Notes under the pieces: model-generated
What the model was told of the DNA's origin: nothing
The model's database searches: none
What the model saw: the letters and a program-made list of their open reading frames with translations, nothing else
Shown here: positions 8,853-19,356 of the stretch, piece by piece
How positions within the stretch are numbered: position 1 is the stretch's first letter
Layout of the letters: the number at the start of each line of letters is the position of its first letter
Assembly: GCF_031539105.1 (NCBI RefSeq)
Contig: NZ_JAVKLM010000009.1
Location: forward strand, 83,387-147,386
Source: Limnohabitans sp.
GTDB lineage: Bacteria; Pseudomonadota; Gammaproteobacteria; Burkholderiales; Burkholderiaceae_C
DNA: 64,000 bases
Direction of reading: 5' to 3'
Position numbers and translations under genes: made by a program

Positions 8853-8861
8853 TCATTCAAT

Positions 8862-8951
8862 TGGCGGAGAAGGAGGGATTCGAACCCTCGGTAGGGTCGC
8901 CCCTACGCTTGATTTCGAGTCAAGTACATTCGACCACTCTGCCACTTCTCC
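8862..8951 (-). tRNA. tRNA-Ser (anticodon CGA), CCA encoded
   Basis: Minus strand GGAGAAGTGGCAGAGTGGTCGAATGTACTTGACTCGAAATCAAGCGTAGGGGCGACCCTACCGAGGGTTCGAATCCCTCCTTCTCCGCCA. It has a 7-bp acceptor stem, anticodon stem CTTGA/TCAAG with loop CTCGAAA, a long variable arm and a GGTTCGAATCC T-loop. Confidence 0.95.
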
Positions 8952-8985
8952 TGATTCGGTGTCGTTTGTCGAAGCCGTAATTCTA

Positions 8986-10826
<1,841 letters not shown>

Positions 10827-10835
10827 TCAGTCCTT

Positions 10836-11771
10836 TTACTTCAGCCCTTTGGGCAGAGGGAATTTGATGGTTTCTTCCACGCCATCGAGGGTTCGCACAG
10901 ACACGGCACCCAAGGCGCGCATGCGGGCAATGACTTGTTGCACCAAGATGTCGGGGGCCGATGCACCAGCGGTCAGGCCAACGCGGGTCACGCCTGCGAA
11001 CCACTCTTCTTTGAGTTCGTCGGCGTTGTCGACCATGTAGCTTTGTGCGCCCGAACGCTGCGCCACATCGCGCAAACGGTTGCTGTTGGAGCTGGTGGGG
11101 CTGCCCACCACGATGACCAACTCCACCTCATTGCTCAACACCTTCACCGCGTCTTGGCGATTTTGGGTGGCGTAGCAAATGTCTTGCATCTTGGGCTTGC
11201 GAATATTTGGAAAGCGTGCCACCACTGCATCAGTGATGTGCGCGGCATCGTCCACGCTGAGCGTGGTTTGTGTGACAACGGCCAGGCGTTCGGTTTGCTT
11301 TGGAGACACATGCGCCACATCGACCACGTCTTCCACCAAGTAAATGCCGTCCAACAACTGGCCCATCGTGCCTTCGACTTCGGGGTGGCCTTTGTGGCCA
11401 ATCATGATGAACTCAAAGCCCTCTTTGTGCAGCTTCGCCACTTCCACATGCACCTTGGTCACCAGCGGACAGGTGGCATCAAACACGGTGAAGCCGCGTC
11501 GCGCTGCTTCTTCTTCCACAGACTTGGGCACACCGTGGGCGCTGAACACCAGCGTGGCCCCTGGGGGCACGTCTGCCAAATCTTCGATGAAGATGGCACC
11601 GCGCTGTTTGAGATCTTCCACAACATACGTGTTGTGCACGATTTCATGGCGCACATACACGGGCGAACCAAACTTCTCGAGTGCACGGTCCACGATGTCG
11701 ATGGCGCGGTCCACGCCGGCACAAAACCCACGGGGTTCGGCGAGGACGATTTCTTGTAGCTGGTTACTCAT
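10836..11771 (-). CDS. ispH: 4-hydroxy-3-methylbut-2-enyl diphosphate reductase
   Basis: LytB family: [34 protein letters not shown] (three conserved Cys). Confidence 0.97.
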   Translation of the reverse strand: MSNQLQEIVLAEPRGFCAGVDRAIDIVDRALEKFGSPVYVRHEIVHNTYVVEDLKQRGAIFIEDLADVPPGATLVFSAHGVPKSVEEEAARRGFTVFDATCPLVTKVHVEVAKLHKEGFEFIMIGHKGHPEVEGTMGQLLDGIYLVEDVVDVAHVSPKQTERLAVVTQTTLSVDDAAHITDAVVARFPNIRKPKMQDICYATQNRQDAVKVLSNEVELVIVVGSPTSSNSNRLRDVAQRSGAQSYMVDNADELKEEWFAGVTRVGLTAGASAPDILVQQVIARMRALGAVSVRTLDGVEETIKFPLPKGLK

Positions 11772-11777
11772 GGCGAC

Positions 11778-12236
11778 TTACAAAATACCGATGACGCGCA
11801 CTTCAAACGTCACGGGCTGGTTAGCTAAGGGGTGATTGAAGTCAAACAGCACTTGGTCGTCGCTGACTTGCTGCACCGCGCCAGCGAAAGAGCCTTGACC
11901 CGTGGGCGCAGGAAACTGCACCACATCGCCCACGTTGTATTGCTCGTCAGGGTCGCCAAATTCTTTGAGCAAGCTCTTGCTCACCCATTGCTGCATTTCG
12001 GGGTTGCGCTCGCCAAAGGCTAAGCCAGCGGCCAGCTCAAACGTGGTGTGTGCGCCCTCTTCGAGTCCCAACAAATGCTGTTCCAAGGCAGGCGATAACT
12101 CGCCCGATCCCAGCGACAGCGTGGCAGGTTTGTCGTTGAACGTGTTGATCACGTCGCCTTGCGGTCCCGAAAGCCGATAGTGCAGCGTTAAAAAAGAATC
12201 GGGGCCGATGGTAGGGTGAGCGTTGGATGCAGTCAT
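11778..12236 (-). CDS. slpA: FKBP-type peptidyl-prolyl cis-trans isomerase (SlpA/FkpB-like)
   Basis: The family begins at MTASNAHPTIGPDSFLTLHYRL, and the protein ends NHPLANQPVTFEVRVIGIL. The upstream 76 codons of the ORF are Arg/Ser-rich and overlap the radC promoter region, so they were trimmed. Confidence 0.85.
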   Translation of the reverse strand: MTASNAHPTIGPDSFLTLHYRLSGPQGDVINTFNDKPATLSLGSGELSPALEQHLLGLEEGAHTTFELAAGLAFGERNPEMQQWVSKSLLKEFGDPDEQYNVGDVVQFPAPTGQGSFAGAVQQVSDDQVLFDFNHPLANQPVTFEVRVIGIL

Positions 12237-12279
12237 GGGACTCTCTGTGTTGAACCACCTATTGTAGAAAGCTCTCGCC

Positions 12280-12978
12280 ATGGACCGAATGCCCGAACCC
12301 ATGACCATTGCGCAACTCCCTGTCGAGATGCGCCCGCGCGAAAAACTGCTCAAACACGGGGCAGCGGCGTTGACGGACACCGAGCTGCTAGCCCTCTTCC
12401 TGCGCACAGGCATCAAAGGCAAAGGTGTGTTTGTGATGGCCCAAGAGTTGCTGGACCGCTTCAAGGGGTTTGCTGGCCTGATTCACGCCAGCGCGGCTGA
12501 GCTCAAAACCTGCAAAGGCATGGGCGGAGACGCCAAACGTTCTCAACTGGTGGCAGTGCTGGAAATGGCGCGCCGCGCCCTGACCCAACAATTAACTGAA
12601 ACCACTGTGATGAATTCGCCCAATGCAGTGAAACAATACCTGCAGCTAGAACTGGCCCAACTCAAACACGAGGTATTTGCAGTTTTGTTTCTTGATGCCC
12701 ACAACCGACTGCTGTCGTACCAGCCCATGTTTCGCGGCTCGCTGTCGCAAACCATGGTCTACCCACGCGAGGTGGCCAAGACCGCCCTAGCTTTGGGCGC
12801 GGACGGCGTGGTGCTGGCCCACAACCACCCTGGCGGCACCGTGAAGCCATCGCAAGCCGACATGAAACTCACCCGCACGCTGCAAGAAGCGTTGGCACTC
12901 ATTGACGTGACCGTGCGCGACCACATCATCGTGGCGCAAGGCAAGTATTTGTCGATGGCCGAAGAGGGGCTGCTGTGA
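12280..12978 (+). CDS. radC: RadC-family JAB/MPN domain protein
   Basis: RPREKLLKHGAAALTDTELLALFLRTG (HhH region) and HNHPGG (JAMM motif). The start could instead be the internal Met at 12301. Confidence 0.9.
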   Translation: MDRMPEPMTIAQLPVEMRPREKLLKHGAAALTDTELLALFLRTGIKGKGVFVMAQELLDRFKGFAGLIHASAAELKTCKGMGGDAKRSQLVAVLEMARRALTQQLTETTVMNSPNAVKQYLQLELAQLKHEVFAVLFLDAHNRLLSYQPMFRGSLSQTMVYPREVAKTALALGADGVVLAHNHPGGTVKPSQADMKLTRTLQEALALIDVTVRDHIIVAQGKYLSMAEEGLL

Positions 12979-13616
12979 AAGCTAAATCCTTGCAAGACTT
13001 GGGCGCGATTCGCCAACAGGTGAACGATGCAGCCGTGGCCGCCGCTGCAGCGGAAGAAGCCCGTCGCGAAGCAACCCGTCGTGCTGAGGCAGAGCGCAAT
13101 TTATTCACCAGCACGATTGGCAAAGTCAAACCCATTGCAGCCAAAGACCGTGTGTTCATTGCCCCACCCCGCCCTGCGGCACGCCCCTTGCAACAAGACT
13201 TAGACGACCAAGCCGCGCTGGTGGAAAGCATGAGCGACGAGTTTGATGTGACCACCCTTCTTGACGTGGATGACCAACTCAGCTTCAGACGCCCCGGCAT
13301 CGGCACTGACGTGACGCGCAAACTGCGCAAAGGCGAATGGAGTCTGCAAGGCCAGCTTGACCTGCACGGTCTACGCAGCGATGAAGCTCGCGAAGCACTG
13401 GGCCAATTTGTGCGTGACTCAAAGCGCATGGGCTGGCGATGCGTGCGTGTGGTGCATGGCAAAGGCTTAGGCTCGCCCGGCAAAGAGCCTGTGCTGAAAA
13501 GCAAAGTGCAGCGCTGGTTGGTGCAGAAAAACGAAGTGCTGGCCTTTGTGCAGGCCAAGCCTTCGGATGGGGGGGCTGGGGCGTTGGTGGTGTTGCTGGG
13601 GCCGAGCAACCTCTGA
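12975..13616 (+). CDS. Smr domain-containing protein
   Basis: C-terminal Smr domain: LDLHGLRSDEAREAL...VRVVHGKGLGS. GTG start overlaps the radC stop by 4 nt. Confidence 0.85.
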   Translation: MKAKSLQDLGAIRQQVNDAAVAAAAAEEARREATRRAEAERNLFTSTIGKVKPIAAKDRVFIAPPRPAARPLQQDLDDQAALVESMSDEFDVTTLLDVDDQLSFRRPGIGTDVTRKLRKGEWSLQGQLDLHGLRSDEAREALGQFVRDSKRMGWRCVRVVHGKGLGSPGKEPVLKSKVQRWLVQKNEVLAFVQAKPSDGGAGALVVLLGPSNL

Positions 13617-13628
13617 ACACGCAAAGGC

Positions 13629-14033
13629 TTAAACGCCTTTGTTACGCATCCAATCTGCGGTCTGAAAGAAACTGGTTTTCAAACGGGTGCGCAAGTCTTC
13701 AGGCACGCCGGTTTCACCCATCGCCTGGTCCATGCACGTCACCCACTGGTCGCGTTCTTTGATGCCAATGGCAAACGGCATGTGGCGCATGCGCAGGCGC
13801 GGGTGGCCGTTTTTTTCAATGTAATAGTCGGGCCCGCCCAACCAACCGCACAAGAACATGAACAAACGTTCACGCGCGTTGGCCAACTCAGGGCCATGCG
13901 CAGCACGCAGTTCTAGGTAACCCGGCTCTAGATCCATTAAGTCGTAAAAACGGTCGACCAACAGCTTGACGTGCGGCTCACCGCCTATCCATTCAAACGG
14001 GGTTTCAAAAGGTGGTTTTTCTTCGGTTTGCAT
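13629..14033 (-). CDS. Group II truncated hemoglobin (GlbO/YjbI-like)
   Basis: 134 aa with FEWIGGEPHVKLLVDRFYDLM...RLRMRHMPFAIG...RDQWVTCMDQAM, typical of 2-on-2 globins. Confidence 0.85.
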   Translation of the reverse strand: MQTEEKPPFETPFEWIGGEPHVKLLVDRFYDLMDLEPGYLELRAAHGPELANARERLFMFLCGWLGGPDYYIEKNGHPRLRMRHMPFAIGIKERDQWVTCMDQAMGETGVPEDLRTRLKTSFFQTADWMRNKGV

Positions 14034-14076
14034 CAGCTAATTTTCAATCAAGGTGTTCAGTTCGTGGTTCGCCACA

Positions 14077-16665
14077 TCAATGACTGGCTTGTCGTAGTGT
14101 CTGTACGACAGGGCGGCGCAGCACATCACGCAGGCCCCACCAACCTGCGGCCAAGGCCAACAGCGCCCCCACCACCGCACCCAACAAAGGCACCCACGGA
14201 CTGGCAGTCCATTCAAACTCAAAGGCAAATCGGGCCAAGCCCCAGCCCATCGCCATGGCCACACTCGTCGCAAGCAAGCCCGCCAGTGCGCCGACGCCTG
14301 CCAACTCGGCCCGTTGCACACGGGCCAACAGTTGGTTCGACGCACCTAAGGCACGCAACACAGCGTACTCACGCGCCCGCTCTTCGCGTGTGGCGGTGAC
14401 GGCCGCAAACAACACCACCAAGCCCGCAGCCAAGGTGAACAAGAACAAAAACTCCACCGCACTCACCACTTGGCCGAGCACGCTTTGAACTTGGTTCAAC
14501 GTGGCGCCCATATCCACATTGGTGATATTTGGGAAGTTGCGCGTGAGTTGGTTGTCAAAGCTCTGCCCCGTTACGCGCGGCGGCGCACGAAATGCGGCAA
14601 TGTAGGTGGTGGGCACATCAAAACCCGCATCCGTCGTCAAGCGACTGATGGGGTACATGACAAAGAAGTTCGCGCGCATCGATGTCCAGTCCACTCGCCG
14701 CACCGACGTGATGTGAGCTTCGCGCGTCATGCCTGCAATGTCAAAGCGCAGGCTGTCGCCCAGTTTGAGGTTCAAGGTTTTAGCAATGCCTTCTTCAATG
14801 CTCAAGCCTTTGGGGTCTTCGGCTTGCCATGTGCCAACCACCACTTTGTTGTGGGCAGGCTGCTCGGCGCTGTAGGACACATTGAACTCGCGGTCCATCA
14901 AACGCTTGGCGCGTTCATCGGTGTAGCTGTCAGGGGTCACGGTGTTGTTGTTCACCGCCACTAAGCGGCCGCGCACCATGGGGTACCAATCCAGTTTGTT
15001 CACACCCGCTTCGCGCAGGTTTTGTAAAAACGGCTCTGACTGCGAGGGCTGAATGTTCAGCACAAAACGGTTGGGTGCATCGGCCGGTGTGGCGTTGCGC
15101 CAACTGCTGATGAGGTCGGTGCGCAGCAACACCAACAAGGCCAAGGCTAACAAGCCAACAGCCAATGCGCTCACTTGCACCATGGCATACACAGGGCGAG
15201 CGCTGATTTGTCGCGTGGCCAACATGAGCCAAGGCGGCGCAGCGCCCTCCACCACACTGCGGCGCAATAACCACACGGCCAGCCAAGCCATGCCTGCAAA
15301 CACCAACACCGCACCCGCAAAACCACCCACAACCATGAGGCCGAGTTTCACATCGCGGCTCACGGCCACCAACAACACGGCAAAGCCTGTGAGGCCTAAG
15401 GCCCACACACTCAGCGTGGTGGCTTTGAGTTCACCCACATCGCGGCGCATCACGCGCAGTGCGGGCACGCTGGCCAGCTGCAACACCGGCGGCAAACCAA
15501 ACGCGAGCAACAAGGTCAAACCTGTCCCCAAGCCATACACCAGTGGCCACACGCTAGGCGCAGGCAAAGCAGTCTCGACCAAGCCTTTGAGCAAAGCCAC
15601 GAACACCAAATGCACGGCATAGCCCAAGGCCAAACCCAGCAGGCTGGCAAAGCTGCCCACCCACACAAACTCTGCGGTGTAAGACAAGGCGATGTGGTGC
15701 TGGCTCAAGCCCAGCACGCGCAGCATGGCGCAATCGTCCAAATGGCGTGCAGCAAATGCGCGTGCGGCCAAGGCCACTGCCACTGCACTGAGCAAGGCCG
15801 CGAGCAACGCAACCAAGTTCAAGAACTTACCTGCACGGTCCAAGGTTTGGCGCATCTCGGGGCGTCCTGCATCCAACGATTCGACACGCACGCCACGCAC
15901 CTCAGGCTTTTGGCATTCGGCCTGCGCCCATTCTGCAAAATCAGCCACAGCGGCTTCGTCGCCCACCAGAGCCAGCCGCCAACTGACGCGGCTGGCGGGT
16001 TGAATCAAACCTGTGGCTTCGATGTCGTCCATGTTGATCATCACGCGCGGCGCAAAGTTCATGAAGCCCGCGCCACGGTCAGGCTCGGTCACCAACACTT
16101 GTGAGATGCGCACACGCCTCTCACCCAACACCAGCGCATCGCCCACATCCAAGCCCAAAGCCTCCAAGCCCCCTGCATCGACCCAGGCCTGACCCCGCTC
16201 GGGCACTTGCTTGGTTTTACGCGACGCTTGCACACCAGCAGGTGTCAAAGGAAGTTGAGCTTGCATAAGGTTGTCTGCCACGCGCAATTCGCCGCGCAGC
16301 GGATAGCCCACCTCCACCGCTTTGAGCGCCACCAATTTGCTGTTACCCTCACCACCCGCTGCGGGCACGCCACGCGCCATGGTGGGAAACGTCAGCGTGG
16401 TAACGCTTTGCAAACCCGTCTGTGAGGCGCGTTGCGTGAAGTGGCTGGGTGTAGGGTAATCGCTCGCCACCACCACGTCGCCGCCTAAGAGTTGACGTGC
16501 ATCACGTTGCAAGCCGCCGTTCAGACGGTCAGCCAAAAAACTGACCGAGCTGAGTGCGGCTACACCCAAAGCCACCGCCACCACCAGCAAGCGCAGCTCA
16601 CCCGCACGGGCATCACGCCACAGCGTACGCCAGGCTTGTGCCCACCACGTCACACCCGCATTCAT
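14077..16665 (-). CDS. FtsX-family ABC transporter permease (YbbP-like, duplicated FtsX domains)
   Basis: 862-aa polytopic protein with two large extracytoplasmic loops and two FtsX-like 4-TM blocks. Start overlaps the fdhD stop by 4 nt. Confidence 0.85.
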   Translation of the reverse strand: MNAGVTWWAQAWRTLWRDARAGELRLLVVAVALGVAALSSVSFLADRLNGGLQRDARQLLGGDVVVASDYPTPSHFTQRASQTGLQSVTTLTFPTMARGVPAAGGEGNSKLVALKAVEVGYPLRGELRVADNLMQAQLPLTPAGVQASRKTKQVPERGQAWVDAGGLEALGLDVGDALVLGERRVRISQVLVTEPDRGAGFMNFAPRVMINMDDIEATGLIQPASRVSWRLALVGDEAAVADFAEWAQAECQKPEVRGVRVESLDAGRPEMRQTLDRAGKFLNLVALLAALLSAVAVALAARAFAARHLDDCAMLRVLGLSQHHIALSYTAEFVWVGSFASLLGLALGYAVHLVFVALLKGLVETALPAPSVWPLVYGLGTGLTLLLAFGLPPVLQLASVPALRVMRRDVGELKATTLSVWALGLTGFAVLLVAVSRDVKLGLMVVGGFAGAVLVFAGMAWLAVWLLRRSVVEGAAPPWLMLATRQISARPVYAMVQVSALAVGLLALALLVLLRTDLISSWRNATPADAPNRFVLNIQPSQSEPFLQNLREAGVNKLDWYPMVRGRLVAVNNNTVTPDSYTDERAKRLMDREFNVSYSAEQPAHNKVVVGTWQAEDPKGLSIEEGIAKTLNLKLGDSLRFDIAGMTREAHITSVRRVDWTSMRANFFVMYPISRLTTDAGFDVPTTYIAAFRAPPRVTGQSFDNQLTRNFPNITNVDMGATLNQVQSVLGQVVSAVEFLFLFTLAAGLVVLFAAVTATREERAREYAVLRALGASNQLLARVQRAELAGVGALAGLLATSVAMAMGWGLARFAFEFEWTASPWVPLLGAVVGALLALAAGWWGLRDVLRRPVVQTLRQASH

Positions 16666-17546
16666 ACGCTGGCCACCTTGTGCACGCCGCCAACTGCCAG
16701 CGAGGGATCCAGCTGCACACGCTCTCGCGCGGTGTAGCAGAGAAAGTGTTTATTCGTTGCGCGGCCTATCGTGCACAACTGCAATCGGGTCGCCACGTCG
16801 TAGCCCATCTGCGTGATGCCGCTACGTGACACCACCACAGCAACGCCCATTTGTGCCGACTTCATCACCATCTCGCTGGTCAAGCGGCCTGTGGTGTAAA
16901 AAATCGAATCGGCATCAGCGACCACGCTGTGCATCCACATCCAACCCGCAATGGTGTCGATGGCGTTGTGCCGACCCACGTCTTCTACAAAGATTTGCAT
17001 GTGCTCGCCGCTAAACAAGGCACAGCCGTGAACCGAGCCTGCTGATTTGTAAGTGCTTTCTTGCACGCGAATGGCGTTGAGCAACGCATACAAACGCGCT
17101 TGGCTGATGCGTGCTTCTGGCAAAGACAAGGTGTCGATCTCGCCCATCAAGTCGCCAAACACGCTGCCTTGTCCGCAACCGGTGGTGACCACACGTTTTT
17201 CGGTGCGTGCCGCAATGTCGGCAATCCCGTGGCGGGTTTTGACAGCAGCCACGCCCGCGCCGTCCTCGCCTGCATCCCAATCGACGGTGATGGATTCGAC
17301 CTCGCTCACATCGCCCACCAAGCGCTGGTTGCGCAAGTAGCCCAACACCAACAGCTCAGGGTGTGCGCCCAAGGTCATGAGGGTGACGATTTCACGTTTG
17401 TCCACATACACCGTCAGCGCACGCTCGGCAGGAATAGACACTTGTTCGTGCACACCGTGCTCGTTGACCACCTCAATGTGGCGAGTCAGTTCGGCTTGGG
17501 CTTGGGTGAGATGAGGGAACACAGAGGTAGAAGAGGCTAAAGACAT
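16662..17546 (-). CDS. fdhD: Formate dehydrogenase accessory sulfurtransferase
   Basis: FdhD/NarQ family: VVTTGCGQGSVFG, HGCALF, GRHNAIDT, TGRLTSEMVMKSAQMGVAVVVSRSG. Confidence 0.9.
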   Translation of the reverse strand: MSLASSTSVFPHLTQAQAELTRHIEVVNEHGVHEQVSIPAERALTVYVDKREIVTLMTLGAHPELLVLGYLRNQRLVGDVSEVESITVDWDAGEDGAGVAAVKTRHGIADIAARTEKRVVTTGCGQGSVFGDLMGEIDTLSLPEARISQARLYALLNAIRVQESTYKSAGSVHGCALFSGEHMQIFVEDVGRHNAIDTIAGWMWMHSVVADADSIFYTTGRLTSEMVMKSAQMGVAVVVSRSGITQMGYDVATRLQLCTIGRATNKHFLCYTARERVQLDPSLAVGGVHKVASV

Positions 17547-17564
17547 AAGCAGACTAGGCTACAA

Positions 17565-17595
17565 CAAAAAGGGCCGTCACCTTTCGGCGCGGCCC
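17565..17595 (-). terminator. Rho-independent terminator after the fdh structural operon
   Basis: Minus strand GGGCCG-CGCCGAAAGGTGA-CGGCCC followed by TTTTTGTTG. Lies between the small secreted ORF and fdhD. Confidence 0.7.
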
Positions 17596-17618
17596 AATGA
17601 ACAGCGAAGCTGTATGGT

Positions 17619-17957
17619 TTACTTTTTCACCGGAGCAGCAGCTACAGCAGGAGCCGAGGCAGCCGCTACAGGCGCAGAAGCTGCAGCCTCTGGCGGGGTG
17701 TAAACAAACTTACCGGGGTCAGCACAAGGTGCTGTGGCCACTGGCTTGCCAGCTTGTGCTTTGTTGGTCTTTTGCACATGGGCTGCCACTTTGTCTTGTG
17801 ACTTACACAGCAAATAGGCGTCAGTTTTGCCAGCATGGGCTGTCTTGGCGGCAGCTTCAGCAGCTTTGGCTTTGGCTTCGTCGGTCGGTGCGGGCAGTTT
17901 GGCAAAGGCCGTGGCGCTGACCGCGGCCAAGATCAATGCAAGAAGTGCTTTATTCAT
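17619..17957 (-). CDS. Small secreted Ala/Lys-rich protein (hypothetical)
   Basis: Start chosen at MNKALLALILAAVSATAFA/KLP, preceded by a GGAGAA RBS. Has two Cys and an Ala/Pro-rich tail. No family recognised. Confidence 0.55.
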   Translation of the reverse strand: MNKALLALILAAVSATAFAKLPAPTDEAKAKAAEAAAKTAHAGKTDAYLLCKSQDKVAAHVQKTNKAQAGKPVATAPCADPGKFVYTPPEAAASAPVAAASAPAVAAAPVKK

Positions 17958-17979
17958 AGTTGTTCTCCTGTTCAGCGCC

Positions 17980-19119
17980 TCAAGCGTGCGCTGTGGTGCC
18001 CGATTTTTCTTCTGAGCGATGGGCGGGAATCTTGCCCGCTTTGATGTCGTCATGCCAAAGTTCGTGGTGTTCTTTGGCCCATGTTTCGTCCACATAGCCA
18101 GTTTTCATGGCTTTGTAAGCGCCTTCCATGCCGACCGTGCCCATGTAAATATGACCGATGAACATGGTCATCATCAACAAGGTTGCTACAGCATGAATCA
18201 TGTGTGCGATTTGCATAGTGCCGCGCTCGTACACAAGGAAAGGAATGATTTTGTCGAGCACAAAGCCCGACGCCACCACCACCAAGCCCAGGCCAAATAC
18301 GCCGCCCCAGAACACCACTTTTTCACCGGCATTGAAGCGGTGTGAAGGCACTTCTGATCCACCGAACATGCCACCAGCTTTGATGATCCAAACCCAATCT
18401 TCTTTGCTAGGCCAGTTGTCTTTCAAGAAAGTGAAAAACACCACCGTCAACGACACAGCAAACAAAGGGCCTGCGAAGTTGTGTGCGTTTTTGAGCAAGT
18501 AAGTGATGAAACCAAACAGCGAATCACCAATGATGGGCTGCATGAAGAACTTACCAAAGGCCATGGTGATGCCAGACAAAGCCAACACCACAAAAGCAAT
18601 CGCATTGGTCCAATGGGCTGAGCGCTCAAACGGTGTGAAGCGTTCAATCTCCACCCCTGTAGGCGTGCCATGCAGCATCATCGTGCCCTTGCGCCAGTAG
18701 AAGACACCGACAGCGCCCAACACGATCAACAGCAGCGAACCACCATAAGGAATGATCCAGTTGTTGCGCACTTGACGCCATGCTTCACCACCGTTGGTGA
18801 GGCGTGAGCCAGGGTATTGCACAAACGGTTGAATCAACACGCCAGCCTCGGGCGCTTGTGACTTGGGCAGGCTGCTGTAGCCTTCCACGCCAGCACCCAC
18901 GCCGCGCCACATAGGCGCGTTGTTGCCGGGTTGGACTTTGCCACGTTCGCCGTTGGTTTGCTCGGCATAGCCAGGCGCATCGCTGGCGTCAGGCTTGACG
19001 TCTTGGATATTGACGCTTTTGACAGCCAAGGCTGCCGCAGGCGCTTTGTCTTGTGCGACAGCCGACAGTGCGAACACCGTCAGGGCTGCACACAACACCG
19101 ATTGAAAAGAGCGGTACAT
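17980..19119 (-). CDS. fdoI: Formate dehydrogenase gamma (cytochrome b) subunit with N-terminal exported extension
   Basis: C-terminal ~220 aa form a 4-TM di-heme cytochrome b (ERFTPFERSAHWTNAIAFVVLALSG, HNFAGPLF, HMIHAVATLLMM). N-terminal ~150 aa carry a signal peptide (ALTVFALSAVA/QD). Confidence 0.85.
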   Translation of the reverse strand: MYRSFQSVLCAALTVFALSAVAQDKAPAAALAVKSVNIQDVKPDASDAPGYAEQTNGERGKVQPGNNAPMWRGVGAGVEGYSSLPKSQAPEAGVLIQPFVQYPGSRLTNGGEAWRQVRNNWIIPYGGSLLLIVLGAVGVFYWRKGTMMLHGTPTGVEIERFTPFERSAHWTNAIAFVVLALSGITMAFGKFFMQPIIGDSLFGFITYLLKNAHNFAGPLFAVSLTVVFFTFLKDNWPSKEDWVWIIKAGGMFGGSEVPSHRFNAGEKVVFWGGVFGLGLVVVASGFVLDKIIPFLVYERGTMQIAHMIHAVATLLMMTMFIGHIYMGTVGMEGAYKAMKTGYVDETWAKEHHELWHDDIKAGKIPAHRSEEKSGTTAHA

Positions 19120-19134
19120 GATGTGCCCCTTGGT

Positions 19135-19356
19135 TTACGGTGCGCGACTGTGGTCGTTTTGGCCGTATTGGCCGCGTGCACGCAGATGTTGCTCCCAGCT
19201 GGTTTTGTCGCCGGCTGTCCAGCCTGCTTCCACAAAACTATTGGTTGCACCGCTGTAAGCAGTCGCGTCGTTTTTGGTGCCGAGGCTTTGGGCTTTCTCA
19301 CCGCAAGCAGTGAGAGCAGCCACACTCAACACGATGAGTGACATGCGTTTCATCAT
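19135..19356 (-). CDS. Small lipoprotein encoded between fdh beta and gamma (hypothetical)
   Basis: MMKRMSLIVLSVAALTAC/GEK lipobox. 73 aa. Overlaps the fdh beta stop. Confidence 0.55.
   Translation of the reverse strand: MMKRMSLIVLSVAALTACGEKAQSLGTKNDATAYSGATNSFVEAGWTAGDKTSWEQHLRARGQYGQNDHSRAP

Noticed and set aside
11778-12464. Full-length 228-aa version of the slpA ORF. The same issue applies to N-terminal extensions of metG (28536-28730), the polyferredoxin (26109-26189), hicA (44113-44154), hicB (43832-43924), ctpA (38916-38960) and the 17619-18095 ORF.
   Set aside because: The extensions are Arg/Ser/Pro-rich, overlap neighbouring genes or promoters, and precede Met residues where the conserved family N-termini begin.
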